A stretch of DNA of 16,098 nucleotides from Oligoflexales bacterium (GTDB lineage Bacteria > Bdellovibrionota_B > Oligoflexia > Oligoflexales > RGVZ01), in contig JBIIGV010000065.1 in assembly GCA_044236265.1 (NCBI GenBank), forward strand, positions 1-16,098, written 5' to 3'. Made by a program: the position numbers and the translations under genes. The notes beneath the pieces are model-generated. The model made no database searches. It had not been told where the DNA came from and saw only the letters and a list, made by a program, of their open reading frames with translations. The first letter of the stretch is position 1, and every line of letters begins with the position of its first letter. Shown here piece after piece: positions 1 to 6,727 of the stretch.

Positions 1-2
1 TA

Positions 3-95
3 TGGCAGCATTCTCCGGACATGATCTCGATACTGGCGGGTCGACGTGGCACTGCTGAGTTGTACGAATTGGCGAGAGCCGGTACTCCTGAGTGA
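3..95 (+). CDS. Probable 3' end of an upstream gene (partial, product unknown)
   Basis: Frame is open from the window edge (WQHSPDMISILAGRRGTAELYELARAGTPE*) and stops at TGA 93-95, 9 nt before the aat ATG, an operon-like spacing. Too short to assign a product. Confidence 0.4.
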   Translation, partial: WQHSPDMISILAGRRGTAELYELARAGTPE

Positions 96-104
96 TCCTG
101 AACC

Positions 105-722
105 ATGCCTTTCCAGGAGTCTCTAAGTCCTGAATTGATTATAGCCGCCTATCGGGGCGGCTATTTTCCTATGCCTGATCCTGAATCCGGTGAGATTCTT
201 TGGTTCAATCCTGATCCCAGAGCAATCATCCCATTAGAAGGTTTTCATGTGTCGCATTCGTTGCGGCGCCTTGCCAGGAAAAAAAAGTTCGTGGTGACGT
301 TTGATCAGAAGTTTTCTGAGGTCATCGAGTCGTGCGCCGACAGACCTGCTACGTGGATTTCAGAGGAGATTAAAGCCTCTTATAAAGCCCTGCATCGCGC
401 AGGGCTTTGTCATAGCGTTGAGGTTTGGGACTTGCGGCATCAATTGGTCGGAGGGCTCTACGGTGTATCCCAGGGGGGCGTATTTAATGCGGAAAGCATG
501 TTTAGTCGAGAGACGGATGCATCCAAGATTGCGCTTTGGGCTCTGGTGAGTCGACTCAAAGAGCTTGAATTTCACCTGTTGGAGGTTCAGTTTATGACCG
601 ACCATTTGCGTCGGCTCGGTGCCCTAGAGATCCCTCGACAGGACTATTTGCGCCGTCTAAACCATGCGTTACAGCTACCTACCGATTTTAAGGCGCCAGC
701 AGGCCCTTATAACTGGTTGTAA
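105..722 (+). CDS. aat: Leucyl/phenylalanyl-tRNA--protein transferase
   Basis: Family motifs AYRGGYFPM, WFNPDPRAII, TWIS, HSVEVW, LVGGLYGV, FNAESMFS, DASKIAL and TDHLRRLGA; 205 aa. Confidence 0.96.
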   Translation: MPFQESLSPELIIAAYRGGYFPMPDPESGEILWFNPDPRAIIPLEGFHVSHSLRRLARKKKFVVTFDQKFSEVIESCADRPATWISEEIKASYKALHRAGLCHSVEVWDLRHQLVGGLYGVSQGGVFNAESMFSRETDASKIALWALVSRLKELEFHLLEVQFMTDHLRRLGALEIPRQDYLRRLNHALQLPTDFKAPAGPYNWL

Positions 723-748
723 TTAGAAAGATTATTTTTACTAATAAA

Positions 749-794
749 AATCATAAATTTCATGATTGACACAGCTTGTCTGCTTGACTAAGAA
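749..794 (+). promoter_or_regulatory. Candidate sigma70 promoter and operator for the lipoprotein gene
   Basis: Perfect TTGACA at 766-771, a 17-nt spacer and a weak -10 (TAAGAA, 789-794), with an AT-rich upstream tract. An inverted repeat AATCAT-N7-ATGATT (749-767) overlaps the -35. Confidence 0.35.
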
Positions 795-825
795 GGGCCC
801 GTCTTATCGAGTATTGGGCCCTTTT
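791..825 (+). terminator. Stem-loop followed by T-rich tract (aat terminator or 5'-leader structure)
   Basis: AAGGGCCC (793-800) pairs with GGGCCCTT (816-823) around a 15-nt loop, followed by TTATCTATTTTTTT. Confidence 0.45.
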
Positions 826-854
826 ATCTATTTTTTTGATACGGAGATTATTTT

Positions 855-1400
855 ATGCGTTTTTTAGTAACTTTAGCTGCCGTTGTAGCGCTTGCTTCTT
901 GTGGTTCCATGAATGAATCCAACAAGCCAGCTATCAGCGAAGAGGCAGCAATCGCTAAAGCTGCAGAGCTTCCTTCCACGGTTATCGTTCGCGTTCCAGT
1001 TGGAAAAGATGGAAAAGAAATCCACGACATGGCTGACCTTCGCACAGTAAGCAACAACAGCCTCACAACAAGCTCTGTTGCATCTGTTTTCGATGCTGCC
1101 AAGTCACCAGACACGATGATTGACGAGCTTGATAAAACTTCGTCGACTGAGAGCACCTGTGGATGGCGTCGCTGGCGTCGTTGCACATCCTGTGGATACG
1201 TTGCAACCCGCTACACATACAGCTACAACTACAACTGGTCGTTCTATCAACCAACGTACTACAACTATGGTTACTACTATGGTTACAACTACGCGAATAC
1301 CTACAACTACGCAGGTTACAACTACTATCAGTACAACAGCTCGTTCGGCTCTGGCTACAGCGGCTACGGCTACGCGCCTGGTTATGGCTACGCGTACTGA
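855..1400 (+). CDS. Lipoprotein with Tyr/Gly/Asn-rich low-complexity C-terminal domain
   Basis: RBS GGAGA upstream; signal peptide MRFLVTLAAVVALAS-C with lipobox LASC; 26 Tyr in the last 68 aa; strong TAC/AAC codon preference; has its own terminator. Confidence 0.88.
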   Translation: MRFLVTLAAVVALASCGSMNESNKPAISEEAAIAKAAELPSTVIVRVPVGKDGKEIHDMADLRTVSNNSLTTSSVASVFDAAKSPDTMIDELDKTSSTESTCGWRRWRRCTSCGYVATRYTYSYNYNWSFYQPTYYNYGYYYGYNYANTYNYAGYNYYQYNSSFGSGYSGYGYAPGYGYAY

Positions 1401-1476
1401 TTTTTTCGCACAGCGTTTCAGGAGTTGCGCATTAATCTATAAATTAACCGCTTCTTCATGAGATAGCCTCCAATTT

Positions 1477-1511
1477 AAGAGGGTGGTTCGGTTACGAACC
1501 ACCCTCTTTTT
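1477..1511 (+). terminator. Rho-independent terminator
   Basis: Perfect 14-bp stem AAGAGGGTGGTTCG (1477-1490), loop GTTA, CGAACCACCCTCTT (1495-1508), ending in a T run. Confidence 0.9.
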
Positions 1512-1514
1512 ATC

Positions 1515-1522
1515 GTTAAGTC
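1515..1522 (+). repeat. Left copy of 8-bp target-site duplication GTTAAGTC
   Basis: Identical to 2651-2658 and directly abuts the left IR. An 8-bp duplication is typical of IS66. Confidence 0.88.
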
Positions 1523-1571
1523 GTAAACGGTCCATAACGCTATCTGGCGACAGAAAATAATTCAATCCATG

Positions 1572-1600
1572 ATGCCCTCCAAATAAATTTAGGAGGGCAT
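1572..1600 (+). promoter_or_regulatory. Hairpin sequestering the tnpA ribosome-binding site
   Basis: ATGCCCTCC (1572-1580) pairs perfectly with GGAGGGCAT (1592-1600), covering the AGGAGG RBS just before GTG 1602. Confidence 0.65.
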
Positions 1601-1601
1601 T

Positions 1602-1808
1602 GTGATTTACGAAAAGAAAAAATCAGATAAACAAGAGTTCTGGCAAAAACACGTTCGCGCATGGAAGGCGTCAGGTATGACGCAAGCGGAATACTGCCGG
1701 ATTCACGGTTTAAAAGATCACCGACTGACCTACTATAAGCTCCGTTTCGAAACCTTTTTCGAATGTTGCGAAAGGGACGCCCGGAAAAATGGTTTCGAAA
1801 TCCAATAA
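1602..1808 (+). pseudogene. tnpA: IS66 accessory protein TnpA (HTH), truncated or frameshifted
   Basis: FWQKHVRAWKASGMTQAEYCRIHGL..LTYY matches the IS66 TnpA N-terminal pattern (W..H...W..SG.SQ..YC..HGL). A TnpA-like continuation (KLLMPVKF) lies in the +1 frame after about 1745. Confidence 0.8.
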
Positions 1809-1997
1809 ATTGCTGATGCCCGTAAAATTTCCTTCACCGTCTGTTTCTACGATACAGGTAATATGCAGATTCACGTTCAGCAGTGACTTTTACGAAATTA
1901 TCAATTTCACAATGATGGTTGATCTAGGTCAATGCGCAAACCTAATGCTTATTGTATTCCCCCATTCGCACCATTACATTTTTTAGGAGATTCATCT

Positions 1998-2561
1998 ATG
2001 CGCTACATCAAAACAAGTATCATTGCTTTGGCTTCGTTTGCCTCGTTTGTTGGCTGTCGAGCTGAAATTGAAAAATCACAGATAACTGGAGTGGCACCGG
2101 ACTTCAAAAACGTCGACCAAACTCTCGCTAATTTAAGTGATAATGATTCACTCAAAAATCAATCCATGACAACGGTTGCGACACTGATAAACTGCGAAAC
2201 GCGCAAAAAATCTGCGACCTGGTACAAAATTGGAATCGCTCAAGGTCCGACGCCTTTCACTACAAACGACTACCGTGGCTACATTGTTCGTCACGATTCT
2301 AGAAATAATTCAGCGATGCTGGCAGGTCACCCAGGAAAAGTCAGTTCCGAAATCATCTGGTTACAAGGAAGTTCTTATATCACACGTTTTGAAGATGAAT
2401 TTTCAATCTTCAGACTGGATGTTATTCCAAAAACAAACAGTCTATTTACTGGTGAGTTTTCGACTTTTCTCGATGGCGATTTCAATATTGACCGAATGAA
2501 AATGGATTGTTTCCCAGGAACGATTGATCGTCCACAGTCGATTTCTTTTGAAACTCCCTAA
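1998..2561 (+). CDS. Hypothetical lipoprotein (187 aa), passenger gene inside the IS66 derivative
   Basis: RBS AGGAGA (1985-1990) precedes ATG 1998, which is preferred over the ORF-track start at 1932. Signal peptide MRYIKTSIIALASFASFVG-C with a lipobox-like FVGC. No recognisable family. Confidence 0.78.
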   Translation: MRYIKTSIIALASFASFVGCRAEIEKSQITGVAPDFKNVDQTLANLSDNDSLKNQSMTTVATLINCETRKKSATWYKIGIAQGPTPFTTNDYRGYIVRHDSRNNSAMLAGHPGKVSSEIIWLQGSSYITRFEDEFSIFRLDVIPKTNSLFTGEFSTFLDGDFNIDRMKMDCFPGTIDRPQSISFETP

Positions 2562-2650
2562 TCACACATGGGGTTCGCAAAGCGGGCACTGATTTTTGAA
2601 CGCATTGGCGGGTAAAATTTATACGGGGCATGGGATAGTGGATCGCATAC

Positions 2651-2658
2651 GTTAAGTC
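2651..2658 (+). repeat. Right copy of 8-bp target-site duplication GTTAAGTC
   Basis: Immediately follows the right IR (...GGATCGCATAC) and is identical to 1515-1522. Confidence 0.88.
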
Positions 2659-2675
2659 TATAACGAAGTTATGGA

Positions 2676-3299
2676 TTAGCTCTCGACTCTCATATAGCGC
2701 TTTCGCACGAAGTATACGGTAAAGAAAAGAATTATAATCGCAGCAAGACTTGCATAAATACCGGTCTGGGCCTTTTTAATCACGACTTCTAAATGCTCGA
2801 GGTTCGAGCCAAAAAGATAACCAACGTACACCCACAATGGCACAGAAATGAGTGCCGCAAAGCCATCAAGAAGAAAAAACTTCCAGAACGGTACATGGTA
2901 GCTGCCAGTCGCAAAAAACAGCGGCGTTCTCAAGCCTGGCATAAAACGAGCCATAAATATGACTTTGTCGCCATACTTTTGCACGATAGCTTTTACGGCA
3001 GCATCCCGCTTTTCTGGAAGAATCACAGAGAAAAATTTGGTTTTACGAAGCCTGGTTCCGTAGTGGCTTCCGAGCCAGAAAATGATTCCATCTCCCAGCA
3101 AAACGCCGAACATGCAAAGAACCACTGTGATGTTAAAGTCGATAATATTCCGCGATGCAAGAATTCCAGCGGTCACCAGTGTTATATCTTCCGGGAGCGG
3201 CAGACCGAAACCACAGGCAAGTAATACGGCTAAAATCACAAAGTAACTGTGAGTTCCGTACGGCTGAATAAAGTTTAAAAGATCGATCAATAATTTCAT
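2676..3299 (-). CDS. dedA: DedA family membrane protein
   Basis: Motifs GLPLPED, GD...FWLG, F.ARFMPGLR and F...D..AAL.SVP; multiple hydrophobic segments; 207 aa. Confidence 0.93.
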   Translation of the reverse strand: MKLLIDLLNFIQPYGTHSYFVILAVLLACGFGLPLPEDITLVTAGILASRNIIDFNITVVLCMFGVLLGDGIIFWLGSHYGTRLRKTKFFSVILPEKRDAAVKAIVQKYGDKVIFMARFMPGLRTPLFFATGSYHVPFWKFFLLDGFAALISVPLWVYVGYLFGSNLEHLEVVIKKAQTGIYASLAAIIILFFTVYFVRKRYMRVES

Positions 3300-3314
3300 G
3301 TATATCGACCTTGG

Positions 3315-3617
3315 TTACCCTTGTCCCATAAGAGACTTGAAAAAAGATTTGATTGCAGATGGGTGAATTTCGATGATGCCCGCAAGAATCGCCGACGTGA
3401 AAAGAACTCCCGTCAAAAACGATGCAATGAATATAATCAAAATCAATTGGGGTGTCGTCCACTGAGCCCGGAATAGTCCACGACCAAATTTCCGTCCGAG
3501 CTTTTTCTCCATCTCAAGCATGTCGCTATCGAAAGGGGGGAGCGAGGTCGAATCATGACGCAATTCCATAGATAGATCACCTTTGGGATCTGGAGGTAGT
3601 CTCGTGTCCTGCTGCAT
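3315..3617 (-). CDS. Small hypothetical single-pass membrane protein
   Basis: GGAG RBS upstream; 100 aa with the hydrophobic segment LILIIFIASFLTGVLFTSAILAGII; co-oriented with and 15 nt upstream of dedA. Confidence 0.7.
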   Translation of the reverse strand: MQQDTRLPPDPKGDLSMELRHDSTSLPPFDSDMLEMEKKLGRKFGRGLFRAQWTTPQLILIIFIASFLTGVLFTSAILAGIIEIHPSAIKSFFKSLMGQG

Positions 3618-3681
3618 GCGCTAAACTCTCCATGTTACTCGCCAAAGTGATCCTTTTATTTTACTACGGCCCTTCAATAAC

Positions 3682-5838
3682 TCAACCAACGCCTATCCGG
3701 TCGGGCACATGACGCAGGGCTTCAAGTCGTTGCGTCATGGCATCAGGAGTCTCCTGGCGATTGAGGCGACCGCAGGTTAGCTGGGGCGCAACGCCAGACG
3801 CCCTGATGTCTTCAAGAATCTGTTCAACACTCAGGTCCCGGCGCGAAACAAAACCTAATCCAGCGCTTCCAAAAGCAGACAGCGTAGAAATCAATTTTAC
3901 GAGCGATTTCTGGTTCTGGTCGGCGCCAATGCCTTGATTGGGGCTCAGTGCTGGGACGCCATCAGCTGGAGTCCATATTTGAATATGGTTTGGCAAACAG
4001 AGTCTCGTCAGAGCCAGGGCTTTCAGGTACTCGCTCGGCATGATTATCGCGTCGCGGTTAACCCGGAAGCTCACTGCAAAGCTGGTCTGGTCCAACGACA
4101 ATCGGCTCCGTAGATTCGTCACGTCTTCGGCCCAAAGGGACCAGTTCATGGCATTACCAGAGGACTGGAGCACGAGTGTTGGCACTGTTGCCAAGTCTGC
4201 GCTTTTCGCGCTTTGCATAACCTGCCATTTGTCTTCAAGAGCCATCGTTTGATCCGTGTGGCTCTCCTCAAGGATGTCAAGGCCGCTCCCTCTGAGGTTG
4301 GCCAAATGCTCTGTGACCTTCTGACAGCTCTTGTCTGCGGAAAGCTTAGCTGCTGAGATACCGCGGAGGACGATCTGTGACTCTGGGGCCGCCTGATGAC
4401 ACGCAGTTGTGATGGTCGTAAGGTCTTTTGCTTGCGTCATGAAAGTTGTATCGAGCACGATGACTAGCGTTCTCATGTTGGAGTCCGCGCCAGTAGATTC
4501 AAGCAAGAGCTTGCGCACTAAGTGATGAACGCTGTCAGGGGTGCTTTGGTTGTCGAGTTCGATAACATGAGACTCGGTGACCGAGTGCGCGGCAAGTGCA
4601 AGTTTACCAGAGGCATCCAAAGCAGCAGAGACCTTGTGGAAGGGAGCTTCGCTCGCAACCCGCCAAAGTTCTGATGGCGCAAGAGATCCACCGGTTTCAA
4701 GAGCTTCTAGACGTTCCATAATGCTCTCTGAACATGCTTCCTCTGCAACAGGTGACATGTGCTGGCGATCATGGTCGTGGATTGGCTCATAGAGTGTTGT
4801 GCGTTCAACTGGTATACGACCGCTTCGACGAATCAGGCTTTCCAAATTTGAGCGCGTCATGATCATCCCCGCGCGTCCACCAGCTGCTCTGGAAATTTTT
4901 TCTTCAAGCACCGTTCCATCCAAGTCGTTCGCTCCAAATTGTAGCGCAAGTTGAGCAATATCCTGACCTAGCATGACCCAATAGCTTTTAATGTGGCGGA
5001 AATTGTCCAAGTACAGTCGCGCAACGGCGATTGTTCTCAGGTCGTCGGCGCCAAACGTGTATCGATTGATGCCCATTTCGTTCTGAAACGGTTGGAATGC
5101 AAGAGGGATAAAGACATTGAAACCCTTTGTTTCATCTTGGAGCTCCCTGAGGCGACGCATATGATCTACGCGATGCTCAAAGGATTCAATGTGTCCATAG
5201 AGCATGGTGCAGTTACTGCGCATGCCAAGGTTGTGCGCTGTTCTGTGTGTATCGACCCATTGTTCGCCGGATACTTTGGTGTCACAGATTTGGTCACGGA
5301 TCTCCGGGTGGAAAATCTCCGCTCCACCCCCTGGGAATGAGCCCAGTCCGGCAGCGCGTAACTCTGTCATAACCTCTGCGATTGTTTTTCTCGCTTTACG
5401 CGCCATCCAATCCAGCTCAACCGCGGTAAATGCCTTTAGATGAACGTCGGGATACGCTTTGTGCATTGCCGCAATCATGTCGACGTAGCGCTGAAAATTC
5501 CACCGGGGGTGAAGTCCGCCCACCATGTGTAGTTCGGTTGCACCTTGTGCGACGGCCTCTCCGGCCTTGGCAATCATTTCGTCGATTTCGTAAGCGTAGC
5601 TGCCTTCTTCGCCAATTTTTTTACTGTAGGCACAAAACTTACAGGAGAGTGAACAGATGTTTGTCGGGTTAATGTGGCGATTGATGTTGTAGAATACGGC
5701 AAGACCGTTTTTACGCAAGTTGACTCGATTGGCGAGTCGTCCCAATTCTTTTAGAGGAGCGTGCTGAAATAGCCAAAGAGCATCCTGCTCATTAATTCTT
5801 TGACCTTGCTCAATTTTTAAAGAGATGTCCCGCATCAT
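3682..5838 (-). CDS. mqnE: Aminofutalosine synthase MqnE (radical SAM) fused to a degenerate CofH/MqnC-like C-terminal domain
   Basis: The N-terminal ~353 aa carry NRHINPTNICSLSCKFC (CxxxCxxC), KAFTAVE, GGGAEIF, NCTMLYGHIE, HIKSYWVMLG and GANDLDGT..EEKI. GGGAGG RBS; adjacent to mqnD. The remaining ~365 aa lack CxxxCxxC. Confidence 0.9.
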   Translation of the reverse strand: MMRDISLKIEQGQRINEQDALWLFQHAPLKELGRLANRVNLRKNGLAVFYNINRHINPTNICSLSCKFCAYSKKIGEEGSYAYEIDEMIAKAGEAVAQGATELHMVGGLHPRWNFQRYVDMIAAMHKAYPDVHLKAFTAVELDWMARKARKTIAEVMTELRAAGLGSFPGGGAEIFHPEIRDQICDTKVSGEQWVDTHRTAHNLGMRSNCTMLYGHIESFEHRVDHMRRLRELQDETKGFNVFIPLAFQPFQNEMGINRYTFGADDLRTIAVARLYLDNFRHIKSYWVMLGQDIAQLALQFGANDLDGTVLEEKISRAAGGRAGMIMTRSNLESLIRRSGRIPVERTTLYEPIHDHDRQHMSPVAEEACSESIMERLEALETGGSLAPSELWRVASEAPFHKVSAALDASGKLALAAHSVTESHVIELDNQSTPDSVHHLVRKLLLESTGADSNMRTLVIVLDTTFMTQAKDLTTITTACHQAAPESQIVLRGISAAKLSADKSCQKVTEHLANLRGSGLDILEESHTDQTMALEDKWQVMQSAKSADLATVPTLVLQSSGNAMNWSLWAEDVTNLRSRLSLDQTSFAVSFRVNRDAIIMPSEYLKALALTRLCLPNHIQIWTPADGVPALSPNQGIGADQNQKSLVKLISTLSAFGSAGLGFVSRRDLSVEQILEDIRASGVAPQLTCGRLNRQETPDAMTQRLEALRHVPDRIGVG

Positions 5839-5859
5839 CGAGGTTGTCCTCCCATAGAC

Positions 5860-6717
5860 TTAATTTACAAGGTGGCGCTCAAGTTCGATTGGCTCAAATA
5901 AACCACAGCGCGCGCCTTCGCTGAATAACGTTTGAATGCCTGTTAGAACGTCAGATTGAAATTCTAAGCTGCGCTCGTTTACGTACATAGAGATGTAACG
6001 GTCTCCCAGCTCAGGATTGAGTGTGTCTTTAGCTGCTGCAGACGACACCGCAGCGGCAATTGTTTGACTGCGATTCGCTAGGCCTGTTTCTATGCTTTTG
6101 CGGTATATACGGTTGAGCCTGGTTGCGACCTCCGCTTCAATATTTCGACTAACAGCGTTGGCACCCAAAGGGAGGGGAAGGCTAAATTTCTTGTGCCAAA
6201 GTTTGCCTAAATCCGTAATCTTGCGAAGTCCAGCAGATGCAGGGTCAAGCTGCAGCTCATGAATCAGAATCCCGGCATCGACATCACCTCGAAGTACGGC
6301 GTCTCCGATATTCATAAAATACATGGGAACCGGTTCAAACGGACCAAATAGAGACTGAGCAGCAATGTGTGCAGATGTGTTGATCCCTGGTACGGCGACT
6401 CGTCTACCAACGAGATCATCGACTCGCAAATCGCTGCTTGGTGATGTGACGATGGCAGGGCCAAACTCGTCACCCACACTGGCTCCTACTGGCATCATAA
6501 GGTAGCGATCACGCAACGTCGGGTAGGCGCCAACGCTGATTGCTGTGATGTCGTATTTGTTCGTGAGGGCCGCTTCGTTTAACTCCTGAATGTCACCCAC
6601 CGTGAAGGAGAACTCAAAATCCTCCCAGTCCACTCTGCGCTCTTTCAGGGCTAGAATCATGAACGCATCATCCGTATCTGGACTGTAAGCTATAGAAATT
6701 GGTCTTTTAATGCTCAT
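5860..6717 (-). CDS. mqnD: 1,4-dihydroxy-6-naphthoate synthase (MqnA/MqnD family)
   Basis: Motifs AYSPDTDDAFM, DIQELNE, GASVG..FGP, GILIHE, LPLPLG and YISMYVN. Start taken as ATG 6717 (GAGGT RBS, 10 nt after the mvk stop) rather than 6786. Confidence 0.9.
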   Translation of the reverse strand: MSIKRPISIAYSPDTDDAFMILALKERRVDWEDFEFSFTVGDIQELNEAALTNKYDITAISVGAYPTLRDRYLMMPVGASVGDEFGPAIVTSPSSDLRVDDLVGRRVAVPGINTSAHIAAQSLFGPFEPVPMYFMNIGDAVLRGDVDAGILIHELQLDPASAGLRKITDLGKLWHKKFSLPLPLGANAVSRNIEAEVATRLNRIYRKSIETGLANRSQTIAAAVSSAAAKDTLNPELGDRYISMYVNERSLEFQSDVLTGIQTLFSEGARCGLFEPIELERHLVN

Positions 6718-6727
6718 GGCGAAGACC

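Larger units (their letters stand above)
1523..2650 (+). mobile_element. Non-autonomous IS66-family derivative (1,128 bp) carrying a passenger gene
   Basis: Left end GTAAACGGTCCA versus right end (reverse complement) GTATGCGATCCA, 9/12 identical and of IS66 GTA-type. Flanked by an exact 8-bp direct repeat. An IS66 tnpA-like ORF starts 79 nt from the left end. No tnpB or tnpC. Visibly more AT-rich than flanking genes. Confidence 0.88.

Noticed and set aside
1194..1397. Short DNA repeats (GGTTACAACTAC, CTATGGTTAC, GGCTAC) as a possible CRISPR or VNTR
   Set aside because: Irregular, in frame and explained by Tyr/Gly/Asn codons. There is no repeat-spacer periodicity and no cas genes.
1063..1461. 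Alternative-frame ORFs 1120-1461 (Thr-rich), 1163-1435 (Leu/Gln-rich) and 1063-1254
   Set aside because: Shadow frames of the low-complexity TAC/AAC coding region. Only the 855 frame has an RBS and a signal peptide.
1789..1986. 65-aa ORF as an independent gene
   Set aside because: No clear RBS; better explained as the out-of-frame remainder of tnpA running into the cargo promoter region.
2567..2589. CATGGGGTTCGCAAAGCGGGCAC resembles a second, degenerate IS66 right end inside the element
   Set aside because: It lacks the terminal TAC, and I found no matching inner left IR or target duplication, so a nested element cannot be supported.
2645..2672. loxP-like half-site (GCATAC...ACGAAGTTAT)
   Set aside because: Only one partial arm with the wrong spacing. 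The sequence is explained by the IS end, the target duplication and a tiny ATAAC/GTTAT hairpin.
3682..5838. FbiC/CofGH FO synthase call for the two-domain radical SAM protein
   Set aside because: The N-terminal domain has MqnE-specific motifs and sits beside mqnD, the second domain has no Fe-S motif, and no F420 genes are nearby.
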